64,000 nucleotides of DNA from an uncultured Flavobacteriaceae bacterium (GCA_964579505.1 CAZOGC010000015.1:1603-65602); one strand, 5' to 3'. Positions 9,051 to 18,848 are shown, counted from the first letter of the stretch. The notes: generated by a model from the sequence alone, not told the origin. Numbers and translations: made by a program.

Positions 9051-11970
9051 ATAAAGTGATTTCGTCGGTAAAAATAAAGGCCTGCCCATTTGAAGGATAT
9101 CCCGGATGCCATTTGGGCAAAGCGCCGGCTTTTACGGCATGAATTTTCACTGCTTTTACCGATTTATGAACCGGAAAAAACATGCGTTTTATTTTGTTGG
9201 GTTGTTTCTGTTTGATGTTGTGTAATTTGGTTTCGGCTAGTTTTTTAAAGGTTTTTCCATCCGTAGAATAATATACGGTTACGGATTTGGGAAGAAATAT
9301 CCACGACCGCTGACTCTGTAAAAAACCGATGCTTAAACTATCCACATATTTTTTGTGTTTTAGTGTGACGGTAGCAATGACATCGTGGTCATCATATCCT
9401 TGCCAAGTACCCGATCTAAAATCTTTTCCTCCATAAAATCCATCAATAAGGGCATTGTTTCCGCCGGCCCCGTATTGAGTGTAGTATTTGGTGCCTAGTT
9501 GTATACTCAAATTAGGGTCCATTTTGGCAAAATTGGTAGTGTAAGTGGCACTTTTTTGGTTACCGCGCTGTGCATAGATGGTTACATGCGTTGATTTATG
9601 AAGGGTGATAGGATGTGTGTAAGGTTGAAAACTGCTATCATCTAATTTGTAATAAATAGTAGATTGTGGGTCTATGCTATTTAATACAATTTGTGTTTGG
9701 TCTTTAAAAGCCAGTTTGCCTTTTTCAATAAAAGGCACCGGTACAATTAAATGTTGTGTGATGGCTGTTTTAGGTACTGCGTTGTTTGTGGTTCCCCAAG
9801 CGGTAGGATGATCGGTCATTACAAAAGATAGTGTACCGCCATTCATAATATCTTGTTGAGTGATGTAGGTGTATGGATAAGGCTTACCATTTAATGTGGC
9901 AGATTGAATATAAAAGTTTTTGGCAGACACATTGGGTGCATTTACGGTAAACGTTTTTCCGTTTTCTAAGTGAATTTGTGCTTGTTTAAAATGAGGGGTA
10001 CCAATAATATATTGATTAGAGCCGGGGGTAACCGGATAAAACCCAAGGGCGCTAAAGATATACCATGCGCTCATCTGCCCGCAGTCTTCATTTCCCGGAA
10101 TACCATCAGGACTGTTTTTATATAACTGTGAAACAATTTGATGTACGTATTTTTGGGTTTTTGAAGGAGTGTTCACAAAATTGTACATATAGACAATTTG
10201 GTGTGAAGGTTCATTGCCTTGTACGTATTGTCCAATCAAGCCGGTAATATCAGGTTGCTCACGACCGGTAGTCTGAGTTTTTGCAGTAAACAGTGCATCG
10301 AGTTGTTTTTCAAAACTTTTTTTACCTCCATATAAATTAATCAATCCGTTAATGTCTTGGGGTACGTAAAAACTGTATTGCCAAGCGTTGGCTTCGGTAT
10401 AATTAAAATTGACTTCATACGGGTTGAAAGGGCTATACCATGTATTTTCATACCGACCACGCATAAACCGGGTCTGTGGGTCAAATTCATTTTTGTAGTA
10501 CTGAGCTCGCTGAATAAATTTTTGGTAGAGTTTGGTTTTTCCCATGGCTTTAGCCATTTGTGCAATGGTCCAATCGTCATAGGCATACTCAAGTGTTTTA
10601 GAAACTGATTCGCCTTCGTCTTCAACCGGAATAAATCCGTATTTTTTATAAGATTTTAGTCCATAACCGTCTTGCATAGCGGAGTGTACCATGGCTTCTA
10701 ACGCGAGTTGGGTGTTGTAATTTCGAATACCTTTCATATAAGCATCGGCAATTACGGCCACTCCGTGATAGCCAATCATGCAGTGTGTGTAATTGGCGGC
10801 CAAATCCCAAATAGGCATAATTCCTCCTTCTTTATATTTCGCTATAAAAGTTTTGATGAAATCGGTTGTTCTTGCTTGGTCTATGATGGTGAATAGCGGG
10901 TGCTCTGCCCTAAAAGTATCCCATAAGGAGAAAACGGTGTAATAGTTAAAGTCTGCTTGATGTATTTTCATATCCATGCCGCGGTAGCGTCCATCTACAT
11001 CTTGATAGAGGTTAGGGGCAATCATAGCGTGATAGAGTGCCGTATAAAAAACGACTTTATCGTCTTTGTTTTTATTCTTTACAACAATTTTATGCAAGGC
11101 TTTGTTCCATGTTTTTTTAGCTGCATCTTTAACTTGTGCAAAGGTTTTGCCACCTATTTCTGTTTCTAAATTTTTTTTAGCACCGGCAATATCAACCGGA
11201 GAGATACCCATTTTTACAATAACCGGTTTGTTTTGAGGGTTTTTAAATTTCATTACCAGCTTGGTGGGAGTCACGTACTGCGCTTTTTGCTGATTGCGTT
11301 TAGAAAGGTAGTATTTAGCAATGGGTTGCGAGAGTTTAAGGTAGAAAAACAATCGTTGGTCTCGCGCCCATGCGCTAGAAAATCGATACCCGGAGACAGT
11401 TACACTGTCTATTATATTAATTTTGTATTTAAGCAGTTTATCGCGGTGTTCAAGGTCTAAGATTAGGTATTGATTTTTACTACCGGCATACTGATATTTA
11501 TGCACGCCGCTTCGGTATGAGGTAGTGAGGGCCACGTCAATATCAGGGTCATCTAAATGCACTTTATAAAAGCCGGGGTGGGCTATTTCTGTGGCATGTG
11601 AAAAATGTGATCGGTATCCGTCTTTTCCGTCAGCCCCGTTATTAAAAACAAGGTGATTGGTTGGCATTAATAAAAAATCACCATAGTCACTAACTCCGGT
11701 TCCGCTTAAATGCGTGTGCGAAAAGCCGTAGATGTATTGATCGGTGTAGTGATAACCCGAACAGCCATCCCAACCTTTCAAGCGCGTGTCGGGGCTTAGT
11801 TGCATCATTCCAAAAGGCATGGTAGCGCCGGGGTAGGTGTGCCCATGTCCGCCGGTACCAATAAAAGGGTTTACAAATTGGGTGAGGTCTGTATTGCTTT
11901 CTTGGGCGCTACTATTAAGAGAAAAAAGCAGTAGCATGCAGAAAAGCGTAGTTTTTACGGATGAAATCAT
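9037..11970 (-). CDS. GH92 alpha-mannosidase with C-terminal Fn3-like and discoidin (F5/8 type C-like) extension
   Basis: Signal peptide, then the GH92 hallmark NPFIGTGGHGHTYPGATMPFGMMQLSPDT. At 977 aa it is ~250 aa longer than the catalytic module; the tail resembles carbohydrate-binding modules. Confidence 0.85.
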   Translation of the reverse strand: MISSVKTTLFCMLLLFSLNSSAQESNTDLTQFVNPFIGTGGHGHTYPGATMPFGMMQLSPDTRLKGWDGCSGYHYTDQYIYGFSHTHLSGTGVSDYGDFLLMPTNHLVFNNGADGKDGYRSHFSHATEIAHPGFYKVHLDDPDIDVALTTSYRSGVHKYQYAGSKNQYLILDLEHRDKLLKYKINIIDSVTVSGYRFSSAWARDQRLFFYLKLSQPIAKYYLSKRNQQKAQYVTPTKLVMKFKNPQNKPVIVKMGISPVDIAGAKKNLETEIGGKTFAQVKDAAKKTWNKALHKIVVKNKNKDDKVVFYTALYHAMIAPNLYQDVDGRYRGMDMKIHQADFNYYTVFSLWDTFRAEHPLFTIIDQARTTDFIKTFIAKYKEGGIMPIWDLAANYTHCMIGYHGVAVIADAYMKGIRNYNTQLALEAMVHSAMQDGYGLKSYKKYGFIPVEDEGESVSKTLEYAYDDWTIAQMAKAMGKTKLYQKFIQRAQYYKNEFDPQTRFMRGRYENTWYSPFNPYEVNFNYTEANAWQYSFYVPQDINGLINLYGGKKSFEKQLDALFTAKTQTTGREQPDITGLIGQYVQGNEPSHQIVYMYNFVNTPSKTQKYVHQIVSQLYKNSPDGIPGNEDCGQMSAWYIFSALGFYPVTPGSNQYIIGTPHFKQAQIHLENGKTFTVNAPNVSAKNFYIQSATLNGKPYPYTYITQQDIMNGGTLSFVMTDHPTAWGTTNNAVPKTAITQHLIVPVPFIEKGKLAFKDQTQIVLNSIDPQSTIYYKLDDSSFQPYTHPITLHKSTHVTIYAQRGNQKSATYTTNFAKMDPNLSIQLGTKYYTQYGAGGNNALIDGFYGGKDFRSGTWQGYDDHDVIATVTLKHKKYVDSLSIGFLQSQRSWIFLPKSVTVYYSTDGKTFKKLAETKLHNIKQKQPNKIKRMFFPVHKSVKAVKIHAVKAGALPKWHPGYPSNGQAFIFTDEITLYEKE

Positions 11971-12043
11971 AAAGAAGAGGAATTTTTATACGCTCTAAAT
12001 ATACGCGAACTCATAAAAACAGCCTAGTAATCTGGATTGAAAT

Positions 12044-14560
12044 CTACTGATTTAAAAAATTGTGGGTTGAAGCTTTTGGGTGCATCGTATTCCAGAGGCT
12101 CATAATTGTTATGTTTTCTAGGGGTTTAGTAAGGGTGATAATTCGTTTTTGATGGGGTAGTAAGTCGAAGAAGTTATCGCTGAAATGGGTATTGCCTATC
12201 AAGTAAATATTTTTTGCTAACACATCTGTTGAAACTTCGATTTTATAGGGCGATACGTGTTTTAAAGTGATATGAGGTTGTAAAAGTTGAAGGTTTTTAG
12301 GACGAACAAAATAGTGAAGGTTGTGGGCTATAATTTTTCCGTTGGTATCTACTAATTGCATTTGTAGCACTACGCGACTTGTATCCGCTTTTCCTATAAC
12401 TTTTTGAAGTGAAATAGTCTCGTTTTTTAAAACAGTTTTTAGGGTGTCTTTAGAAAAGTTAAGTGTAAGATGGTTTAATTTTTTACCGGTAAAGTTTAAT
12501 AGGGTGAGTTGTACTTTGGGATGCGGAAAACTTTTTAAGGCATCATTTATCAGGTAAAAATGAAGTTTTTGAGCTTTGGGATAAGCCAAGATAGCTTGTG
12601 GGGCAAAACTACGCTTAGCTTGATAAAACATAGCTTTCCAATGCCCGGTGTAGTCTATTCCTGACCACGAAGTTACCGGCCAGCAATCATTGAGCTGCCA
12701 AAGAAGGCTTCCCATATTGTAGGGTTTGTGTCTTCTGTGCGCAGTTATAGCAATGCGCATGCCACGCGCTTGTAGTAATTGTGAAACATAATCATAGGCT
12801 ATAAAATTTTTAGGAATGACATAATCTCTAGCCATGTACTCCTGAATTAATTGCCAGCCCCTGTCGTGTTTTTGATGGTATCGTATTACAGAGTTTTCTA
12901 ATCGTAGCTGTGGTTTTTTAGAAAACATGGCTTTAATATTGGCTATGCTCGGCATTCCTTGAAATCCGTATTCAGACATAAACCGTCCCACTCTTTGGTT
13001 GTACACCGTAAAAGGTTGATTGCCCCACCAAACCCCCCAATAATGAGAATCGCCTTGTTGTAAACTTTCTGCATGCCCCCAGCCAATAGAAGGAGATGAA
13101 GGCCAATAATTGTATGCGTTTTTAGGTATAATTTTAGCTAATGTGGCCGGAATGAGTTGATTAAACAGTTTGTGATAATCTTCCCAAACTTTAAGCGAAT
13201 CGGCTGTGGTGTAATGAAATTTTTGTTGATACCCCCAATTCACAATTGCTTCGTGTATTTCGTTATTGCCGCACCACAAGGCTATACAAGGGTGATTTTG
13301 AAGCCGCTCAACTTGATAAGTAATTTCTTTTTTTACATTATTAAGGAAGGAAGAGTCAGCAGGATAAAAGCTGCTGGTAAACATAAAATCTTGCCACACC
13401 AAGATTCCATTTTTATCGCATGCTGTATAAAAAGCATTTTTTTCATACACGCCACCGCCCCAAACGCGAATCATATTCATGTGAGCCGCTTTAACAGCTT
13501 GTATCAGCCGCTGGTATTTTGCTTTGGTTACACGGGGCAGAAAACTATCACCCGGAATCCAATTTACTCCTTTGGCATACAGCGGATGCCCATTTACTTT
13601 AAAATAAAAGGATTTACCGTAGGCGTCTTTTTTTTGAATGAGTTGAACGGTACGAAAACCGTGATATAACTGTTTGGTGTCGAGTAGTGTGTGTTGATGA
13701 TATAGCTGTAGTGTAAAATAATATAAATAAGGTTTTCCCCAGCCATTGGGTTGCCAGCGTATTGGTTTTTTTAGGGTTAGTGGCAACTCGATGGTATTAA
13801 AACCCTGATGTAGCTGAACCTGTTGCGTGTTGTTTTTTAGTTTTAAAGTATAAATGCCCGGTTGACTTACTTTTAGGTGTGTTTTAAAAACCAATTGCCC
13901 AATAGAATCTGTAAGGATGGGTTGGTTGATTTGTACGTTCTTAATTTTAGCAGCATTCCAAAAATCAAGGTATAAATCTTTCCAAATACCTACGGTTACC
14001 AACCGCGGCCCCCAATCCCAGCCAAATTGATATTGTGCCTTTCTAATAAACGATCGTGGTGATTCCGGAGTTTGAAAAGGAACTTTTTGGGCTAATTCCA
14101 TCCCTACTTTTATAGTGGATTTAAAGCAGATAAGCAAGGTATTTTGACCGACTTGTAATAGTTTTTTTACCGGAACTTGCCATTGGCGAAACATGTTGTT
14201 AGCCGTTAAAATTTGCGTACCATTTAAGAAAACTTGTGCAAAGGTGTCTAACCCATCAAAAACTAAATTGATGTGTTCATTTTCTAATTCTTTAGTTGTT
14301 AGTGTAAAATGTGTTTGGTAATCCCAATCTTTTTTTTCAACCCATTGTACTTTCTTTTCGTTTTCATCTAAAAAAGGGTTTGGAATAAGGTGATTGGCTA
14401 AAAGATCAGTATGTACGGTACCCGGAACCGTAGCCGGATGCCAACCAGTCTTTGTAGCGTCTTTAAATTGCCAGTTGGTTTTATTGAGGCTACGTTGATA
14501 ATGCTGAGCCGCACATGGCCAGGTTATGATAAGAAATAAGGAGATTAAAAAATAACGCAT
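12044..14560 (-). CDS. GH2 beta-mannosidase
   Basis: Start set at ATG 14560 (MRYFLISLFLIITWPCAAQ signal peptide). Acid/base region ALWCGNNE and nucleophile region FMSEYGFQ are typical of GH2 beta-mannosidases. Confidence 0.85.
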   Translation of the reverse strand: MRYFLISLFLIITWPCAAQHYQRSLNKTNWQFKDATKTGWHPATVPGTVHTDLLANHLIPNPFLDENEKKVQWVEKKDWDYQTHFTLTTKELENEHINLVFDGLDTFAQVFLNGTQILTANNMFRQWQVPVKKLLQVGQNTLLICFKSTIKVGMELAQKVPFQTPESPRSFIRKAQYQFGWDWGPRLVTVGIWKDLYLDFWNAAKIKNVQINQPILTDSIGQLVFKTHLKVSQPGIYTLKLKNNTQQVQLHQGFNTIELPLTLKKPIRWQPNGWGKPYLYYFTLQLYHQHTLLDTKQLYHGFRTVQLIQKKDAYGKSFYFKVNGHPLYAKGVNWIPGDSFLPRVTKAKYQRLIQAVKAAHMNMIRVWGGGVYEKNAFYTACDKNGILVWQDFMFTSSFYPADSSFLNNVKKEITYQVERLQNHPCIALWCGNNEIHEAIVNWGYQQKFHYTTADSLKVWEDYHKLFNQLIPATLAKIIPKNAYNYWPSSPSIGWGHAESLQQGDSHYWGVWWGNQPFTVYNQRVGRFMSEYGFQGMPSIANIKAMFSKKPQLRLENSVIRYHQKHDRGWQLIQEYMARDYVIPKNFIAYDYVSQLLQARGMRIAITAHRRHKPYNMGSLLWQLNDCWPVTSWSGIDYTGHWKAMFYQAKRSFAPQAILAYPKAQKLHFYLINDALKSFPHPKVQLTLLNFTGKKLNHLTLNFSKDTLKTVLKNETISLQKVIGKADTSRVVLQMQLVDTNGKIIAHNLHYFVRPKNLQLLQPHITLKHVSPYKIEVSTDVLAKNIYLIGNTHFSDNFFDLLPHQKRIITLTKPLENITIMSLWNTMHPKASTHNFLNQ

Positions 14561-14660
14561 ATTGGGTAGCTTCTTGTAGGCATAAAGTGATGTCTTTTTC
14601 AAAAGTATAAAAAATACAGAGACAAAAGAGGGGTAGGAGCTAGCAGCCAATAATGAATTT

Positions 14661-15161
14661 TTAAAATAACTGTTTTATAGTTTTCATTACCAAGAACATC
14701 TTTTGGCTATGTGGAAGTTTAACAAATCCAAAGTGAGCAAAAAATTGTTCGGTATTGGCGTCTATAGGTGCTACTACTACCGCAAATGCTCCAATGGTTT
14801 TAGAGGTTTCATAGGCGCGTTTTAAGGCGTCAATTAAAAGAAGACTGCCCAAACCTTGACCCTGTTTAGTTTCTGTTACGGCTATCTTTTCAAGTAGTGT
14901 AATCGGTAAAGCGTTTAAAGAGCGCGGCAATTTACGTTGTATGGTTTTGGGGATGAGCGGCAATGGAATTCGCGCATTGCTAAGGGTGTAGTATCCGGTA
15001 ATTTTTGAGGTGCTTTTTGCGGTAATAACAAAACATGCTTCAAGCCTGCGCACTTGTTCATGTAAGGCATTTTTAAATAAATAGGTGTCTAAGGTAGAGA
15101 TGCCACAACAAAAACCGGATGACTGATGGGTGGCTGATAATAACTGGGTGAGATATTTCAT
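14661..15161 (-). CDS. GNAT-family acetyltransferase toxin (TacT/AtaT-like)
   Basis: 166 aa. Acetyl-CoA motif QGQGLGSLLL. Overlaps the upstream DUF1778 gene by 4 nt (ATGA). Confidence 0.8.
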   Translation of the reverse strand: MKYLTQLLSATHQSSGFCCGISTLDTYLFKNALHEQVRRLEACFVITAKSTSKITGYYTLSNARIPLPLIPKTIQRKLPRSLNALPITLLEKIAVTETKQGQGLGSLLLIDALKRAYETSKTIGAFAVVVAPIDANTEQFFAHFGFVKLPHSQKMFLVMKTIKQLF

Positions 15162-15451
15162 TTTAAAAACAGATATTCATACTCTTTGGTAGCATCAATT
15201 AAAGAACGATTGGGGGCTTGTGGCATGGTGACTTCATCAAAAAAGGTGGTCTTATCTTCTTCAGAGGCAATAATTTCTTCACGCTTAGCAATAATTTTAT
15301 CGGCTTTTTCATTAACGGCTTGAATAACAAAATCAGTAAGACTTCTATATCCTCCTGAACGTGCAGCGCGTTCAAAATAAGCTTTTTGCGTCTCGGTGAG
15401 TCGCACATCAAAACGTGCCATTTTTGAGGGTGTTGCAGAATCGTTTTTCAT
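15158..15451 (-). CDS. DUF1778 ribbon-helix-helix antitoxin (TacA-like)
   Basis: 97 aa. MARFDVRLTETQKAYFERAARSGGYRSLTDFVIQAV is the DUF1778/RHH signature. Partner of the GNAT toxin. Confidence 0.8.
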   Translation of the reverse strand: MKNDSATPSKMARFDVRLTETQKAYFERAARSGGYRSLTDFVIQAVNEKADKIIAKREEIIASEEDKTTFFDEVTMPQAPNRSLIDATKEYEYLFLK

Positions 15452-15465
15452 AGGTATAAATATTG

Positions 15466-15520
15466 CGGATGATAGGCGTACAAATATAGACTATATACGG
15501 ATAATAAGCGTACAAAAATA
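15466..15520 (-). promoter_or_regulatory. Tandem 23-bp imperfect direct repeats, each carrying a -7 box, upstream of the TA operon
   Basis: CGGATGATAGGCGTACAAATATA (15466..15488) and CGGATAATAAGCGTACAAAAATA (15498..15520). On the minus strand each contains TAnnTTTG (TATATTTG, TATTTTTG). The proximal box is 29 nt from the antitoxin ATG. Confidence 0.5.
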
Positions 15521-15793
15521 AGCACTTGATCAAAAAAGCATGTGAACTTTTTTGAAAGCTTTGTTTTGTGAATAAAGATGCTGTAAAACCGATTAAATTT
15601 AAGGAAGTAAATTGTGGGTTTCTAAAAGGTGCTAACACCAATTGCAATTATTTTTAATGAATAATAACAAACTGATAGCTAGTTTTTTATAAAATATTCT
15701 TATTGAATTTAATCAGATTTATTTGCCTGAATAAAAATCCCTGTACTTTCGATTTTCTCAAAGCCATTTAAAAATTGTGAACAAGAAACGGGA

Positions 15794-17731
15794 ATGTATA
15801 ATAGGAAAAATAAAAGCCGTAAAATGAAAAATAAAACGCTTAAAACTAAAAATTGGTTTAGAACGTTACTTTGTGGGACACTTGCTTTTGCCGGAATAAC
15901 CGGATATGCTCAGCAAGATAGTTTATATACAAAGCGTTTAGACGAGGTGATTATTCAAAACAATCGCTTACAAATTCCGTATGCAAAACAAAATCATGCC
16001 ATTACGGTACTTGACCGAAAAATGATTCAGGCCATGCCGGTACATTCGGTAAATGACTTGTTAAATTATGTGGCGGGAATAGATGTTAGAGAACGAGGAG
16101 TGATGGGAGCTCAGGCAGATATCGGTATAAATGGAGGCACTTTTGATGAAACATTAATCTTACTAAATGGTGTAAAAATAATCGATCCGGAAACCGGACA
16201 CCTTATGATGAACTTACCATTTAATTTAAGCGATGTGCAACGCATAGAAATTTTAAAAGGGCCGGCTGCTAGTGCTTATGGGGTAAATGCTATTAATGGA
16301 GCTATTAATATTGTGACCAGGCAGCCTAATAAAACAGGAGTAACGGCTCATCTATACACGGGCTCATCTTTTAAACGAGATACCGTAAACAATCATGTAT
16401 ATGCAGGACTGGGAGTAGAGGCTTCGGCGAGTGTGACTACAGAAAAAACAAAACAATACCTTTCTATAGGTACGGTTCAATCAAATGGATATAGGCACAA
16501 TACCGATATAGACACCAAGAAAATATTTTATACGAATAAACTGCAAGTAAGAAAGGGGAGTGCAATTGACATGATGGCCGGGTATATTTCAAATGATTTT
16601 GGAGCAAATGGCTTTTTTGCTGCTCCGGTTGATGTAGAGTCTAAAGAAAAGGTGCAAACTACGCTTGCTGCTATTAAAGGTACGATAAAACTATCTGATG
16701 CGTGGACTTTACGACCAGGGGTAAGCTATCGCTATAATTTTGACCACTATATTTTGGACCGTTTTCACCCTGAAAAGTATGAGAACAAGCACTATATGAA
16801 CAGTATAGATGTTACTATAAATAATACGGTAAAAACGAGTTTTGGGGTATTGGGCTTTGGAATAGCTTATAGAAATGATGCCATAACCAGTAATAGTTTA
16901 GGAAAACATTCGCGTAATAACTGGGGTGTTTTTGGAAATTATGGTTTGCATTTTTTAGAAAAAATGTCTGTTAATGCCGGGGTGTATGCCAATTATAATC
17001 CGGATTATGGGTGGGACATTATGCCCTCTGTAGATGTGGGCTATCAACTTACTAAACAGCTGCGCATATATGCCAATGCCGGAACGGGAATGCGTCTACC
17101 TACTTATATAGACCTGTATTATGTGGGACCGGTAAACAAAGGATATGTAGGGATTAAACCTGAAAAATCTTGGCAGGCTTCGTTGGGTACCAAATACAAC
17201 ACCGGAAGGTTGCGTGTTACCGCTGAATATTTCTTTAGGCAAACCAATGATTTTATTGATTGGGTAAAGAACAACTTAGATGATCCATGGCAATCGCGTA
17301 ATTATACTCGAGTAGATATGAATGGAATTGCTTTAACCGCTAATTATGTTTTGTTGCCTTATAGCCAAGCTTCAAGAGTGGGATTAAAAGCTAAATTAGC
17401 CTACACCTATCTTAACCCCAAAACAGAAGGCTCAGGAAGTTATACGTATTCGCATTATGCCTTAGATAATCTAAAACACCAACTTACCGGAACGTTTAAC
17501 ATACAATTTTTAAATCGATTTAATCTTACAATAGGAGGAACCTATGAAAAACGAGTAACGGGTAAAGATTATTTGCTGTTAGCTACTCGATTGAGTGCCC
17601 GGTTTAAGGCCTTTGAGGTATATGCAGATATAGACAACCTTACCAATGTAAATTATGTCGAAGCAGGCGCGGTGCCCTTGCCCGGACGATGGGTTTCTGT
17701 GGGACTTAAATGGCACTGGTGGAAATCGTAA
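15794..17731 (+). CDS. TonB-dependent receptor (plug plus 22-strand barrel, ~620 aa class)
   Basis: Signal peptide ending AQQ. Plug-domain motifs IEILKGPAASAYGVNAINGAINIVT. C-terminal barrel strand VGLKWHWWKS. Start could be 15794 or 15824. Confidence 0.8.
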   Translation: MYNRKNKSRKMKNKTLKTKNWFRTLLCGTLAFAGITGYAQQDSLYTKRLDEVIIQNNRLQIPYAKQNHAITVLDRKMIQAMPVHSVNDLLNYVAGIDVRERGVMGAQADIGINGGTFDETLILLNGVKIIDPETGHLMMNLPFNLSDVQRIEILKGPAASAYGVNAINGAINIVTRQPNKTGVTAHLYTGSSFKRDTVNNHVYAGLGVEASASVTTEKTKQYLSIGTVQSNGYRHNTDIDTKKIFYTNKLQVRKGSAIDMMAGYISNDFGANGFFAAPVDVESKEKVQTTLAAIKGTIKLSDAWTLRPGVSYRYNFDHYILDRFHPEKYENKHYMNSIDVTINNTVKTSFGVLGFGIAYRNDAITSNSLGKHSRNNWGVFGNYGLHFLEKMSVNAGVYANYNPDYGWDIMPSVDVGYQLTKQLRIYANAGTGMRLPTYIDLYYVGPVNKGYVGIKPEKSWQASLGTKYNTGRLRVTAEYFFRQTNDFIDWVKNNLDDPWQSRNYTRVDMNGIALTANYVLLPYSQASRVGLKAKLAYTYLNPKTEGSGSYTYSHYALDNLKHQLTGTFNIQFLNRFNLTIGGTYEKRVTGKDYLLLATRLSARFKAFEVYADIDNLTNVNYVEAGAVPLPGRWVSVGLKWHWWKS

Positions 17732-17742
17732 AGGTTTTGTCT

Positions 17743-17770
17743 ACCTTGGGGGACCAAGGTTCCTTTTCTA
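17743..17770 (+). terminator. Intrinsic terminator after the TonB-dependent receptor
   Basis: ACCTTGG-GGGA-CCAAGGT hairpin (17743..17760) followed by TCCTTTTCT. Confidence 0.5.
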
Positions 17771-17794
17771 TAAATAGTTTGAAGAAAACCCCTT

Positions 17795-18211
17795 TTACTC
17801 CTGATTTGCAACTTTTTCAGAATCATTTCCGGAAAAATCCGGTTTTATAATGGAAGACGTTTTTGTATCACTCGCGATATCAAATACTTTGGAAAGTAAC
17901 TGAGTCTCATTTTTAAAGAGTGATTTTTTTAAGGATTGCATTTCGTGCTCCATACTTTTTCTCACGATTTTCTTTAATTCTTCGGTAAACGAAAAGTTAA
18001 AGAACTTTTTATACAGAAAAATATGGTTGGAAATGGTCACCTTATCATCAGAAATACAAATATAAATCTGATTGTTTTCGTCAATTATAAAAAACTCATC
18101 AGAGATAGGGGAAATTAGTTTTTTGATACTTTCCTTTTCCGAATATTGAACAATGATGTCCTTTACATACTGCGCATCCTCCGTTAATTCTTTTTTCCTA
18201 AATGAAAGCAT
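17795..18211 (-). CDS. Hypothetical protein (orphan, no recognised domain)
   Basis: 138-aa ORF in an AT-rich stretch downstream of the tRNA genes. Lys/Glu/Ser-rich, with no motif recognised. Confidence 0.4.
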   Translation of the reverse strand: MLSFRKKELTEDAQYVKDIIVQYSEKESIKKLISPISDEFFIIDENNQIYICISDDKVTISNHIFLYKKFFNFSFTEELKKIVRKSMEHEMQSLKKSLFKNETQLLSKVFDIASDTKTSSIIKPDFSGNDSEKVANQE

Positions 18212-18612
18212 TTTATATATATTTAGTTCAAGGAAACATTATGGTCTCCTTTTATTAATTTAGAAACAAAAATTTCAATAAAGTCACTTTTTTTTGATGA
18301 ATTTATGTAAAATAATATATAACATATTTATAATCAAGTGGTTATATGTTTAATTAAAACTACTGAGGATTATCCTGAATTCGATTTTGATAGAACAGAA
18401 ATAGCCGGTACAAAGAAGTTAGAAAGTGAGAATGAAAAATATGCAAAGCATCTACGGCAACAATGATGATAGCTGTTTTGAGCTATCCAAAAGGAGAGTT
18501 AAAAACACCCACCTAGCTATAATTTAGCCCTATCCGGGGCAATAAGTAAGGCAATGACCCATTTTGGCCTATAAAAACGGGGTAAAAATAAGTAAACTTT
18601 CGGTTTATAAAG

Positions 18613-18698
18613 TGCCCAGAGCGGGAGTCGAACCCGCACGCCCAAAAACGGACACAAGGCCCTCAACCTTGCCTGTCTACCAATTCCAGCACCTGGGC
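18613..18698 (-). tRNA. tRNA-Leu (anticodon GAG), long variable arm
   Basis: Reverse complement is GCCCAGGTGCTGGAATTGGTAGACAGGCAAGGTTGAGGGCCTTGTGTCCGTTTTTGGGCGTGCGGGTTCGACTCCCGCTCTGGGCA. Folded by hand: acceptor GCCCAGG/TCTGGGC, anticodon stem CAAGG/CCTTG with loop TTGAGGG, T-arm GCGGG-TTCGACT-CCCGC. Confidence 0.9.
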
Positions 18699-18758
18699 CT
18701 TGAAATCTTTTGAAATTTAATGGAGAAGAACAGTTTTGGAAATATCCAAAAAAAGAAG

Positions 18759-18831
18759 TGATCTGACTGGGGCTCGAACCCAGGACCCTCTCCTTAAAAG
18801 GGAGATGCTCTACCAACTGAGCTATCAGATC
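18759..18831 (-). tRNA. tRNA-Lys (anticodon UUU)
   Basis: Reverse complement is GATCTGATAGCTCAGTTGGTAGAGCATCTCCCTTTTAAGGAGAGGGTCCTGGGTTCGAGCCCCAGTCAGATCA. Cloverleaf has anticodon loop CTTTTAA and T-loop TTCGAGC. Confidence 0.9.
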
Positions 18832-18848
18832 TTTTTTTGTTGCGGGTG

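Noticed and set aside
13157-13669. 170-aa plus-strand ORF
   Set aside because: It is antisense inside the well-supported GH2 beta-mannosidase gene. Its composition is low-complexity and typical of shadow ORFs.
15650-15793. Possible cobalamin or other riboswitch upstream of the BtuB-sized TonB-dependent receptor
   Set aside because: I saw no B12-box-like GCCACTG core and no conserved stems. The region is plain AT-rich spacer.
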